Shown here in pieces: positions 9,421-20,161 of a stretch of 64,000 bases of DNA. Position 1 is the first letter of the stretch, and every line of letters begins with the position of its first letter. The stretch is from assembly GCA_963843575.1 (NCBI GenBank), contig CAWJKZ010000015.1:224001-288000 (forward strand). Reading direction: 5' to 3'. This DNA comes from an uncultured Acidobacteriota bacterium. Its GTDB lineage: Bacteria; Acidobacteriota; UBA6911. The notes beneath the pieces are model-generated. The model saw only the letters and a program-made list of their open reading frames with translations, ran no database searches and had not been told where the DNA came from. Made by a program: the position numbers and the translations under genes.

Positions 9421-10983
9421 TCAGTTCGACGAGGAATCCTGAAACGGGACGGTGAAGAACAAATCTCGATCGACTGATTGTACGTCCCGATCCGGAGCCA
9501 CCAAGGTCCCTGTCGCGAATCGGAACTCGGTCAGTGCCACCGCATACGCTTGTTGGGCGGTCACAAGGTCCAGCAGCGCAGACGTCAGACGGCTTTCAAT
9601 CGTAAGGAGGTCGGTGAGCGAACCCGCACCCAGGCGCAATTTGTCCTTTTCGCCCTGCAGCGCGGCCTCGAAGCCACTGACAGACTCGCGAGCTTGCTTG
9701 AGTCGGCTCATACTGTTCGATACGGCTGCGGCCGTGCTCGGGACTGCACTCGCGATGGCTCGCTCTTTGTCGGAACGCAGCAATACGGTCTCCTGGTACG
9801 AAGCCTCCGCCTCGGCCACTTTGCCTAAGGCAAAGTTGTTCACTCGAGGGAACGAATAGCGCAGACCAAAGACAAAATCAGGACCGCGGCTGCGCGTAAA
9901 AGGCGAGATCAGGAATTCATCCGGGCGACGGCCCTCCTGCAACGCCGAGTAGCCGCCGCTCATCGTCAAATCCAGCTGCGGCAAAAGATTATTCCGGGCG
10001 GGTTTGCGCAGTGTGTCTGCTTCTTCCCTGCGCGACTCGGCGGCGAACAGGTCGGCCCTGCGCTGGAGCGCCTGCTCCACGTAGAATCTGAGACTTTCCG
10101 GCGAAGTAGAGGGAGGCTTCTGCTTCGCGTCATCAGGAAAGGCATCCGAGGGGGCCGGTAAATCCATACGTTGCACGTCCGTCAAGCCCATCGCCAATGC
10201 CAGACGGTAGCGTGAGTCGACGACCTGCTGTTCTGCCAGGATTCGATCGGACGCCCGGGCCGCGAGATTCGCCTGCACCTGATAGATTTCGCTGCGTGGA
10301 ATCTTGTCTGCCCGTATCAGGACACCCACATTCTCGACGAATTCCCTTCCGCGCGCCTCGGACCCGGTGATGATCTCCAATCGCTTCAGCGAAGCGACGT
10401 AGTCCCAATAGTTCGTCGCGGTGGCTACAATGAGTTCGGCAGCGGTCTGGTTGAGATCGTACTGGCTGGCCTGAACCGCGAATCCGGCTGAACTCTCCAG
10501 CGCTGTCACGATTTCTCTTCCTCGGCCGCGCCGGAGCGGCAGAGTCACATCGAGGCTCAAGCGCGCTCGGTTGGTCCCGTCCCGGATCTGCAGATTATCC
10601 GTCGTTCGGATGATTTCGAATCGCGGCCCGATCACTACACCCGAACGAAGCAGACGCGCGGTGCCGGTACTGAGTGTCGTCAGATTCAGTGCCTGGTTGT
10701 CGATGTTGAAGCCCGATTGCTGGGCGAATAGACGTTCCGCTTCCGTCATCGGGCTGTTGCTGCGCTTCTGATCCGCCGACCATTGCAGCTGAGTATCAAA
10801 GTCGCCGCTGCGCTGCTGTCGAATAGCCCGGCCGAGCTCAACCTGCTGCTGTTGCACTCGCAACTGCGGGTGCAATCGCAAGGTGGACTGGACGGCCTCG
10901 AGCAAACCCAAGCCCGCGCGATCGTTCTGAGGTGGAGCAATCAGGAGGGGAAACAGCAACCAGACATGCCCGAACTGACCCAT
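9421..10983 (-). CDS. TolC-family outer membrane efflux protein
   Basis: Signal peptide, two helical OEP repeats (ALQRRADL, LLPQLDL, LRLGAGSLTDLL, EFRFATG); heads the type I secretion block. Confidence 0.85.
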   Translation of the reverse strand: MGQFGHVWLLFPLLIAPPQNDRAGLGLLEAVQSTLRLHPQLRVQQQQVELGRAIRQQRSGDFDTQLQWSADQKRSNSPMTEAERLFAQQSGFNIDNQALNLTTLSTGTARLLRSGVVIGPRFEIIRTTDNLQIRDGTNRARLSLDVTLPLRRGRGREIVTALESSAGFAVQASQYDLNQTAAELIVATATNYWDYVASLKRLEIITGSEARGREFVENVGVLIRADKIPRSEIYQVQANLAARASDRILAEQQVVDSRYRLALAMGLTDVQRMDLPAPSDAFPDDAKQKPPSTSPESLRFYVEQALQRRADLFAAESRREEADTLRKPARNNLLPQLDLTMSGGYSALQEGRRPDEFLISPFTRSRGPDFVFGLRYSFPRVNNFALGKVAEAEASYQETVLLRSDKERAIASAVPSTAAAVSNSMSRLKQARESVSGFEAALQGEKDKLRLGAGSLTDLLTIESRLTSALLDLVTAQQAYAVALTEFRFATGTLVAPDRDVQSVDRDLFFTVPFQDSSSN

Positions 10984-11351
10984 ACCATCCCCGAAGCGTA
11001 ATCAACCCTAGAAAGGACGTTGCCGAAACCGGGCGAATATTGGCACAATTCTCGAGGACGTAGCGGAAGGTCGAAAACCTGACTGGCTTGGAATTGGCCG
11101 GCCGGATATCCACCGGATCCGGACCGGACGGCATGGCCTGGGTCGCGGGCCGCTGAGGACTAGCGCCGCGCCGCAGTCGAAGTAGCGCACGAAACCACAA
11201 GGATGACGGCGGTCCTCCGGCCGGTTCGTACCTTTAATTATGCGTCGCTAACCCCAGTGTTGCTGGCGCCCTTCCGGTGGCGCCCTGCCCTGCATCCCGC
11301 CGGATTCCCCGCTCGAGTTCGGCTGCGTGACCCAGGCCTTCCTGCGCCTCA

Positions 11352-12557
11352 CTACCCGGGCGCGGCGCCCTGGGTCTGCACCTGGAGCAGGTACAGCGAC
11401 TGGCTCGCGGTGACGAAGAGGTGGTCCCGTTTCGGGCCGCCGAACGCGAGATTGGCGGCCGCCTCCGGCAGCCGTATGCGTCCCGCGAGTTTTCCCAGTG
11501 GGTTGAATACGAGCACGCCGGCATAGCCGAGCGGCGCATTGGAGCTGCACCAGACGTGGCCGGTGACGTCCGCGCGCAGGCCGTCCGGCCCACAATGGAT
11601 CCCATCGACGGTCATGTCGGTGAACAGCCGTTGGTTCGCCAGCTTGCTCCCCTGCACGTCGAAGGCATAGACGACTCCTTTGCCGCCGGGTCCCGTGTCC
11701 CCTGGCCCCTTGCCTGTGCTGGCGATGTAGAGCGTCTTGTAGTCCGGCGAAAAGCAGAGGCCGTTTGGGTCGGGCAACTGATCTTCCCGGACAACGATCT
11801 CGAGTCTGCCGGCCGGGTTCCACCGGTAGACATTCGTCGGCAATTCGCGCTGCTGGCCGCCGACCTCCACGTTTTCCGTGCCGATGCGCGGGTTGAAGAT
11901 GCCTCCGGGGTTCGTTTTACCGCCCGCGACATCCGGGTGGCCCTCGGACAGCCGGGCGCCGTAGGGTGGATCCGTGAACCAGACGCTACCGTCCGGGTGC
12001 GGCACGAGGTCGTTGGGCGAGTTGAGATGTTTGCCGTCCAACGAGTCCGCAACCACCGTCATGGAGCCGTCGTGTTCCCACCGCACCACGCGACGATGGA
12101 AGTGCTGCGCTGTAAGCTGGCGCCCCTGGAAATCGAAGGTATTGCCGTTGCTATTGAAGGAGGGGCGGCGGAAGACAGTCACCTTCCGGTCGTCCCAGAG
12201 GAAGCGATACTGGGTGTTGTCCTGGACATCGCTGAACACCAGGTACCGGCCCTGACTGGACCAGGCGGGACCTTCCGCCCATTTCGAGCCGGTCCAGACA
12301 CGCCGGATCGCGGTGATCCCGAGCATCAGTTCCCTGAACGACGGCTCGATCACGATGATATCGGGATCGGGATAGATGGTCGGAGCCGCGTCGCTCTCCC
12401 ACTGACGGGGAGGGTTGCTGACGACACTGGGCGGCGTGCCGGTCTGTTGCGCCAAGGCCGGCGCCCGCGCCAGCAGAAGCGCGCTGGCTGCCGCGCCGGA
12501 GCCGTGCAGGAAGGTGCGCCGGGACTGGAGCGTTGGTGTTCCCCGTGTCTGCCGCAT
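11352..12557 (-). CDS. SMP-30/gluconolactonase/LRE family protein, Tat-exported
   Basis: SRRTFL Tat motif; WAEGPAW, NSPNDL, WFTDPPYG, PNGLCFSPD, PDGLRAD. Confidence 0.92.
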   Translation of the reverse strand: MRQTRGTPTLQSRRTFLHGSGAAASALLLARAPALAQQTGTPPSVVSNPPRQWESDAAPTIYPDPDIIVIEPSFRELMLGITAIRRVWTGSKWAEGPAWSSQGRYLVFSDVQDNTQYRFLWDDRKVTVFRRPSFNSNGNTFDFQGRQLTAQHFHRRVVRWEHDGSMTVVADSLDGKHLNSPNDLVPHPDGSVWFTDPPYGARLSEGHPDVAGGKTNPGGIFNPRIGTENVEVGGQQRELPTNVYRWNPAGRLEIVVREDQLPDPNGLCFSPDYKTLYIASTGKGPGDTGPGGKGVVYAFDVQGSKLANQRLFTDMTVDGIHCGPDGLRADVTGHVWCSSNAPLGYAGVLVFNPLGKLAGRIRLPEAAANLAFGGPKRDHLFVTASQSLYLLQVQTQGAAPG

Positions 12558-12627
12558 GAGGTTGCCTCCGTCGTGCTCGAACACGCTATTCCTTTTCCAC
12601 AATGCCAGTATAGGATAACGCGTTTCT

Positions 12628-12718
12628 GGAACGCGGATTGCCGAAGATTACCGTCGATCCGCGTGAACCCGTCAAATCCACGGACATCCGCGTTCTGTTT
12701 TTGCTCTCGTCTTCCCTG
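12628..12718 (+). repeat. Partial copy of repeat family B
   Basis: gaacgcggat...cgatccgcgtgaacccgtcaaatccacggacatccgcgttctgtttttgctctcgtcttccc. Confidence 0.75.
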
Positions 12719-12804
12719 AACGGTCCAGACGCAGATGAACACCGATCACGGCCGCGTTATTCCTGGACCCGATAATATGTCACCGCAATTATGAAATAGC
12801 GTAC

Positions 12805-13791
12805 CTAGTGGTCCAGCTCGGCGAGGAGCTTGCGATAGTACGCATAGTTCTCAAAAGGGACATCGTCCCGGACCCTGCCGTCCGCCAGGGGCACATATCC
12901 GCCTTCGGCTACCAGCGGAGCCTTGCTCGTGACCTCGTGTCGTATCGCCTCTTTACCGCGACGCAGCACATCAAGGTCGATGCCTCCGATGAGTCGAAGG
13001 TCCCGGCCGAATTCGCCCCGCAGTTGCCGGTAGTCCATGGCGCTGGTATTCGCCTCGCAAGCCCAGAGGCAGGTAAAACCCCACTTGAGAATCGACGGGA
13101 TGAGGATTCTGCTGTTTGCGTAGGTACGGAAAATGATCGTCTCGACGCCTCGCCGCCGGAGGACCCGAAGGACCGGCTCGTGGTTTCTCAGCACGAACTC
13201 CTCGTAGTGGCGCGGTGACACCAGGGGACCCGGGTTGCCGCCGATCGGCTCGCTGAACACGGCCGCGTCAATCTCCACGGTGTCCAGGAGGCGGTCGGTC
13301 AGAGAGGCGGCAAACTGAGCCTGCAGCGCCATCGCGGCGCTCACGAACGCGGGGTCGTCGTTAATCAGGAACATGAGTTCCGTGAGACGTTTCCAGTCCC
13401 GAACCCCCATGGACAAGAAGAATCCACGATGGACCCGGAGCATCAGCACATAATCGCGATCGGATCCCGCCCGCACGTGCTTCGCCCAGTCCTCGGGCAG
13501 GCGGTCCGGGTCTTCCGGGTCGAGCAGGCGCGAGAAGTTGTCCAACTCGGAAACCGACGTCGGCCATGAATCCGGCTCGGGGAGTGGGCGCAAGTCGAGT
13601 TCCGGTTCTTCGCGCCGGTCCGACTGGAACAGCCTCGAGACGCGCGAACCGCGGGGCAGGCCCTGTCGTCGCCAGGCCCGCAGGGTGTCGTCGCGCAGAC
13701 CCTCTTCAAAATACGGCACCCGGTCCGGGGTCCCGAGGCGCATGACTTCGCGGAAACGGGTGCGGCTGTTCCAGACGGGTATCGGACTCAT
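12805..13791 (-). CDS. Uroporphyrinogen decarboxylase (URO-D)/MtaA-like family protein
   Basis: PDRVPYFE N-terminus, LVSPRHYEEF, LIGGID, GGYVPLADG...VPFENY. Confidence 0.8.
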   Translation of the reverse strand: MSPIPVWNSRTRFREVMRLGTPDRVPYFEEGLRDDTLRAWRRQGLPRGSRVSRLFQSDRREEPELDLRPLPEPDSWPTSVSELDNFSRLLDPEDPDRLPEDWAKHVRAGSDRDYVLMLRVHRGFFLSMGVRDWKRLTELMFLINDDPAFVSAAMALQAQFAASLTDRLLDTVEIDAAVFSEPIGGNPGPLVSPRHYEEFVLRNHEPVLRVLRRRGVETIIFRTYANSRILIPSILKWGFTCLWACEANTSAMDYRQLRGEFGRDLRLIGGIDLDVLRRGKEAIRHEVTSKAPLVAEGGYVPLADGRVRDDVPFENYAYYRKLLAELDH

Positions 13792-13955
13792 GAAGCCATC
13801 TTAGGCGCAAAGGCAAGAACCAGCCATCAGACTTTCTGTTCCACGGCAAGGTTCTCCCATCGCTTCCGTCGTCGGTTGCACAAATCGGCCCGGCTCCCTG
13901 TTCGGATATTTGCGGCAGGTGATACAATGTATTAACAAATAGATGGAGGCCGTTT

Positions 13956-14183
13956 ATGACCAAAACATTAACCAGGCATGGGAACAGTCTGGCACTGGTA
14001 ATCGACAAACCGATACTGGAGCAGATGGGTATTGATGAGACCACGCCCCTCACGCTGGCATTTGATGGTCGCTGCGTGATCGTTACGCGTGCATCCAGCA
14101 CCGCCCGTCGCAAGATGGTCCGTTCCGCCATTGATGAGATCCATCACGAGTTTGGGAATGCGCTGAAAAAGCTCGCTGAATGA
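13956..14183 (+). CDS. AbrB/MazE-family antitoxin
   Basis: KTLTRHGNSLALVIDKPILE swapped-hairpin motif; GGAGG SD; ATGA overlap with toxin. Confidence 0.9.
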   Translation: MTKTLTRHGNSLALVIDKPILEQMGIDETTPLTLAFDGRCVIVTRASSTARRKMVRSAIDEIHHEFGNALKKLAE

Positions 14184-14632
14184 GGCCTCAGATGGAAATC
14201 GCGTTTCTCACCCTGGAGGACGTTCTGGCGCTGCAAGGAGAGCTGATCCGGCGATATGGAGGGACTCCCGGATTGCGCGATGCCGGTCTGCTGGAAGCAG
14301 CACTGGCTATGCCACAGGCCGGATTTGGAGGCCAATATTTTCACGAATTTCCTCATGAGATGGGAGCGGCCTATCTTTTCCACCTTGTTCGCAATCACGC
14401 CTTTATTGACGGAAACAAGCGAGTCGCCCTGGCGTGCGCGATTCTATTTTTCAAAATCAACCTCGTACCCTACTCATTAACGGAAGAAGAGGCGGTCGAA
14501 CTAACTCTTGGTGCAGCAAGTGGCCGAATAGATAAGGGCGCCGTGACGTTGTTTTTCCAGCAGCACTCGAAAATGCAACATAATCCGAACACATCTATAA
14601 CAAAGAGAAAAGATAGAGGAAGTCCAAAATAG
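14180..14632 (+). CDS. doc: Death-on-curing (Doc/Fic) family toxin
   Basis: YGG..GLRDAGLLEAAL and Fic motif variant HAFIDGNKR. Confidence 0.92.
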   Translation: MRPQMEIAFLTLEDVLALQGELIRRYGGTPGLRDAGLLEAALAMPQAGFGGQYFHEFPHEMGAAYLFHLVRNHAFIDGNKRVALACAILFFKINLVPYSLTEEEAVELTLGAASGRIDKGAVTLFFQQHSKMQHNPNTSITKRKDRGSPK

Positions 14633-14724
14633 CCTGGCGAATCCTGCCATACCCCTGAAGGGGAATGGCGCAATGAGAGGCCAGAAGGTATTCCGAAATA
14701 AAGTCTACGAGGAGAATGGCTTAG

Positions 14725-14801
<77 letters not shown>

Positions 14802-14849
14802 ACATTGCTTGTTTTCAAAGACTTAGCGGACTCGTAGAGTACCACGGAA

Positions 14850-14963
14850 TCACCCGTGGTGTCCATCACTCAGCAGAGCCGCGGCCTTCCGGCGCTCCGT
14901 AGCGCCCGGGTGGGAGTACCGCTCGGTCATCTCGATCGATACATGACCCAGCAGGTTTCGAAC
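14850..14963 (-). pseudogene. C-terminal remnant of a tyrosine recombinase/integrase
   Basis: Manual translation VRNLLGHVSIEMTERYSHPGATERRKAAALLSDGHHG*: box II LLGH...T.RY.H with catalytic Tyr; 5' part missing, abuts repeat B. Confidence 0.85.
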
Positions 14964-15127
14964 GCATTTGTCGGGACGCGGATGCGCGCGGATCCCCACG
15001 GGTCGATCTGGCGACAGGCCGCGGTCGATCCGCGTGAATCCGTTGGATCCGCGGAATCTGCGTTCTGTTTTGGTTTTTGTTTTTCATCGCCCGTGTTGTT
15101 CTGCGTCCTGAAAAATACGTCAGCGTA
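14961..15127 (+). repeat. Full-length (about 165 bp) repeat family B element
   Basis: Co-linear with 27206-27370; ends pair (aacgcatttgtcgggacgcgga / tctgcgtcctgaaaaatacgt). Confidence 0.9.
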
Positions 15128-15203
15128 GTTGCCTGCGTCGCGGCGCCTTGCATCTGCAACGCTGAATACAGGGTGTATCAATATTGGTGGCGCCGTATCG
15201 CGG

Positions 15204-15232
15204 TTGACAGCAAAACAGCCGGGCCTTAGAAT
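15204..15232 (+). promoter_or_regulatory. Sigma-70 promoter
   Basis: TTGACA-17 bp-TAGAAT. Confidence 0.7.
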
Positions 15233-15640
15233 GCACCCTAGTACCACGCATGCTGCAATTTCGCATGCGCCGGGTCCTGGAGGATGCTCCTTCAGGAGGA
15301 ATCCGCGGTTGGTCGGGCCGCCATCCGAAGAATCATAGGGCGCCATAAGGGGCCGGTTGCAGCATGTTTGAAAACCGGCGCCGGGCAGTTGCTCGAAAAT
15401 GGTTTCTTCGGTCGGCTCGCAAGGCGGGTTTGCGGCGCGGTGCGATGTAACGAGATTTTCGCTTCGCTTCTATTCTCTCAGCCCCTCCCGCGTATCCCCT
15501 GAACGCTGCAGAGCGTTCCCTCGCAGCTACTCTGCACCGCAAAATCCAGAGCCGATTCTTCACTGCGATCAGAAAAATTGCCTAGGCGAATCCTCTCCTC
15601 CCGTTTGTGCGGTCGGAGTGCAGCGAAAAAGAGGCCAGTC

Positions 15641-15736
15641 ATGGCATTAGACAAAATCGTAGTGCTCGTTCTAGCGACCTTGTTCTTTGGAGGCATATTC
15701 TATCTGGCCTGGAAGAACCGCTCAAAAGCCAAGTGA
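15641..15736 (+). CDS. Small single-pass membrane protein (31 aa)
   Basis: MALDKIVVLVLATLFFGGIFYLAWKNRSKAK*, GAGG SD upstream, hydrophobic helix plus basic tail; below the ORF-track cutoff. Confidence 0.6.
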   Translation: MALDKIVVLVLATLFFGGIFYLAWKNRSKAK

Positions 15737-15868
15737 CTGTCCACAGTCGGACCCAGTGAACCTGTCCCTGTCGTCTGCAACGAACACGGCCCTGAACCGC
15801 AGGAGTTCACTGTCGATGTGGACCGCATGATTGGGATCTTTCGCGATGGGTTTCAGCACTTTGAGACT

Positions 15869-15934
15869 GAGCTTCGTCGAAAGGACATAGCTGGTGATAT
15901 TGGCAACCATGAGTGGCAAGATGATGGCATAGTT
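15869..15934 (-). pseudogene. Fragment resembling the last TM helices of a ClC chloride channel/antiporter
   Basis: NYAIILPLMVANITSYVLSTKL resembles the ClC xYxxILPLMxxxxxSY segment; no other ClC sequence nearby. Confidence 0.5.
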
Positions 15935-16046
15935 GCTTCTTGCCGCTTTCGGCGCCCTGTGGCGATACCCGAGTGTCGCTTTAAGGTCAGGGTGGCGGTT
16001 GGTCGGTTTGGCGACTGCAACCACGGGTGCGGCCGACACCGTGGCG

Positions 16047-16583
16047 CTAGCGCGCCGAGCCGAGATGGCGGATGGCGTCCCAGAGATTGGTGAAGTATTC
16101 CACGGCGACCGGATCGACGCGGGTCGGCGTCCAGACGTGCTGGCCGATACCCAGCTGTGCCAGCACATACCGGCCGACGGCGAGCTGCCCGATTGCGGTA
16201 TCGCCGGTCGCAAACTGGCCCAAACCATACAGGACGCCCAGCGCTACCTGACCTGCCGCGAACAGCGCTCCCCCGGCCTGAGCCAGGCATAGGATGATCC
16301 CGATACTCACCTGACCGATACCCACGACGCCGGCCGAGGCTTGGCCGATCGCGATCACGCCCAGCGCGAGCCGTCCCACCGCCAGAAACCCTCTCGCAAC
16401 CACCCGCCTGCCTGTCTCCGGGCAGATGCCTCGCGTGTAATGTACGAGAGGCATTCCGAAGACCTGGGTGTTACTGCGAAACTCTGCAAAATAGCGGCCG
16501 TCGGGATAAACGAACCGCCGCCAGGAGCCGCGCGGCGTTTCCTCGACCTGGTACTCCACTTTTTCCAGAAGCATGTTCTTCAT
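16047..16583 (-). CDS. Hypothetical membrane protein with Gly-rich (A/G)xGQ repeats
   Basis: FGMPLVH...VARGFLAVG followed by AIGQ/GIGQ/AAGQ/GLGQ repeats; ATG 16583. Confidence 0.75.
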   Translation of the reverse strand: MKNMLLEKVEYQVEETPRGSWRRFVYPDGRYFAEFRSNTQVFGMPLVHYTRGICPETGRRVVARGFLAVGRLALGVIAIGQASAGVVGIGQVSIGIILCLAQAGGALFAAGQVALGVLYGLGQFATGDTAIGQLAVGRYVLAQLGIGQHVWTPTRVDPVAVEYFTNLWDAIRHLGSAR

Positions 16584-16825
16584 GATATGTAACCTGTTCG
16601 GCCCCTTGTTGTGGTTTGCACCATGATAGCCTGTCGGTGGGCGTTTGCGATCCTGATTTCGGAACCCACCTACCCGCGAGCGCCCTGGAACTCCTGATCG
16701 GGTCCGGAAGGACGTCCGGAAATTGGTATCATCCCTCCAGATTACGACTGGCAAGCACGAACCTTCCGGGCCAGGCATTGGTCCGCAACGGTTCTGATGG
16801 CTCGGGGTACAACGGGGGAAAAGAC

Positions 16826-17392
16826 ATGCGGAAATTGGTGGTTTTCAACCATGTGACGCTCGACGGGTATTTCACCGACGCGGCCGGCAACATGAGTTGG
16901 GCTTACGGCGGCAACGACGACGCCGAGTGGAACGCGTTCGTCGCAGGCAATGCCGGCGGCGGCGGCGAACTGCTGCTCGGCCGGATCACCTATGACCTGA
17001 TGGCCGGCTATTGGCCCACACCCAATGCGATCAGGGACAATCCCGCGGTGGCCAAGGGCATGAACAGCATGCCGAAGGTCGTGTTTTCGAGAACGCTGGG
17101 TAGGGTGTCCTGGAGCAACACCAGGCTCGTGAGGGACGGCCTCGCGTCGGAAGTGCGCAGGATGAAGGGAGAACCGGGGCCGGACATGGTGATCCTGGGG
17201 AGCGGCAGCATTGTTGCGCAGTTGGCGCCGGAGGGATTGATCGACGAGTACCAGGCCGTGGTGAATCCCGTGGCTCTGGGCCGGGGGCGGACGATGTTCG
17301 ACGGCATGAAAGCGAAACTGCACCTGAAGCTGGCGAAGACACGAGCCTTCGGCAACGGGAAAGTACTGTTGTGCTACGAACCGGTGGCGTGA
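16826..17392 (+). CDS. Dihydrofolate reductase-like (RibD C-terminal domain) protein
   Basis: MRKLVVFNHVTLDGY, LLGRITY, KVVFSRTL, GSGSI, LIDEY. Confidence 0.9.
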   Translation: MRKLVVFNHVTLDGYFTDAAGNMSWAYGGNDDAEWNAFVAGNAGGGGELLLGRITYDLMAGYWPTPNAIRDNPAVAKGMNSMPKVVFSRTLGRVSWSNTRLVRDGLASEVRRMKGEPGPDMVILGSGSIVAQLAPEGLIDEYQAVVNPVALGRGRTMFDGMKAKLHLKLAKTRAFGNGKVLLCYEPVA

Positions 17393-17454
17393 TTGCGTCT
17401 ACTCAGTGGTCAGTTTCATGAATATGGCGGCGCGTTTTTCGTACGCCGACTGGC

Positions 17455-17560
17455 GCAGATCAAAAACAAAGGCATTGGCCTCGGATGCCTACGGCCGATC
17501 CGCGTGAATCGTTGAAATCCGCGAACATCCGCGTTCCGCTTTTGCCTTTGTCTTTCCCAG
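17455..17560 (+). repeat. Partial copy of repeat family B
   Basis: cgatccgcgtgaatcgttgaaatccgcgaacatccgcgttccgcttttgcctttgtctttccc. Confidence 0.75.
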
Positions 17561-17583
17561 GTAAACTCTCTGTGGAGGTTCAG

Positions 17584-18072
17584 GTGGGGCCTGTCCTTTT
17601 GTTTTTCAGCACCGATCACCGCAGACTGAATCGGCTGCTCCTGCGGGCAATCGGCCAGCCCGGCCGCATCGACCTGCCGGTCTTTGAGGAATTCCGCGCC
17701 GGGCTGCTCAAGCACATCGGGATGGAGGAGAAGGTGCTCTTGCCTGCGGCCCGGCGTGCCCGGGGAGGGGAGCAGCTACCGCTGGCGCGCCGGCTGCGCC
17801 TGGATCACGGCGCGATAGCGAGCCTGCTCGTGCCGACGCCCACGGTCGCCGTGGTGGAAAAACTCGTGTCGGTGCTGACGCCCCACAACGAGGTGGAAGA
17901 ACAGCCCGCGGGGCTCTACGAACAGTGCGACGAGTTGCTGGTCGCCGAGACGGCCTCCCTGCTGGAGCGGCTCCGCGCCTTCCCTGAAGTTCCGCTTGCG
18001 CCGCACAGCGACGGGCCGCTGGTCGAGCGCACGATCGAGAACGCGATCCGGCGCGCGCGCGAGTCGTGGTAG
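17584..18072 (+). CDS. Hemerythrin (HHE) domain protein
   Basis: DHRRL, HIGMEEKVLLP, DHG, HNEVEE motifs; GGAGG then GTG at 17584. Confidence 0.8.
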   Translation: MGPVLLFFSTDHRRLNRLLLRAIGQPGRIDLPVFEEFRAGLLKHIGMEEKVLLPAARRARGGEQLPLARRLRLDHGAIASLLVPTPTVAVVEKLVSVLTPHNEVEEQPAGLYEQCDELLVAETASLLERLRAFPEVPLAPHSDGPLVERTIENAIRRARESW

Positions 18073-18126
18073 CGAACCCCGGGTCAAGCTTCGGAAGCCG
18101 GAACGACCCCGCCCCAGCCGTCCGTA

Positions 18127-18431
18127 TCATGCAAGCGTCCAGGGACTGCGCATCGGCCGCGTGCGCAGGGCGTTTGCCTCGTCGTCGTCCAGGAAGCGCT
18201 CGTCCTTGGGATCCCACCTCAGCCTGCGCCCCAATCTCACCGCGAGGGTGCCGAGGTGGCAGACGGTCGCGACGCGGTGCCCGATCTGCCGTGGTCCCCG
18301 ACCCCGATGAACCCGACCGTGATTTTGTGGCTCGGGGAGTCCTGTCCCAGGACTCGGCCCGGGATGATGTAGGGCGCGGCGATGGCGGCTGCGCCCGCCT
18401 GCACGAACCGACGTCTGGAAACCCGCTTCAT
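18127..18431 (-). pseudogene. Internally deleted Tat-exported Gfo/Idh/MocA oxidoreductase
   Basis: N-terminus MKRVSRRRFV...ITVGFIGVGDHG joined out of frame to the typical C-terminus GHRVATVCHLG...LRWDPKDERF..DDEANAL...MRSPW. Confidence 0.85.
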
Positions 18432-18511
18432 GTGCCCCTCCGGGTGTCGTCAATGGGGGGTCATGTTAGCACGGAACCAGCGGACAGGCGTGTCCGGCAT
18501 CCAGCTTCGGC

Positions 18512-18714
18512 AGCACACAACCATTGGGTCCGGGCTTCAGAGGCTGTCTAACGGTTGACTCTGGAGTGCGGCGCCTCGGCTGCCTCGGCGCCGCTTTCAC
18601 TTACGTCCTACGGCAGGAATGCTCGGCGCCTCGGCGCCGCGCCGAATTGCGGGATGCGATTCTGCGACCTCGGCCTTTGGCGGCGTCGAGCCAGTCGAGC
18701 CGCCGCACTCCAAA
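18512..18714. repeat. Composite repeat: half REP + GAGGCTGTC motif + TGGAGTGCGGCG-family palindrome
   Basis: gggtccgggcttca then gaggctgtctaacggttga (18540-18558), then 12-bp IR TGGAGTGCGGCG (18562-18573) / CGCCGCACTCCA (18701-18712). Confidence 0.8.
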
Positions 18715-18716
18715 TA

Positions 18717-20148
<1,432 letters not shown>

Positions 20149-20161
20149 TGCCTCGCCTTCG

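Noticed and set aside
10984-11351. NHLP precursor peptide or sigma-54 promoter upstream of tolC
   Set aside because: No short ORF with an NHLP/Nif11 leader or ELxxVAGG-type cleavage motif; TGGCAC at 11041 lacks the -12 GC and faces away from the operon
14866-15159. Short ORFs in repeats (e.g. 14866-15159, 9217-9408, 17416-17715, 41602-41820)
   Set aside because: They translate repeat elements (recurring RIHAD, KQKQN, GLKPGPT peptides), not independent genes
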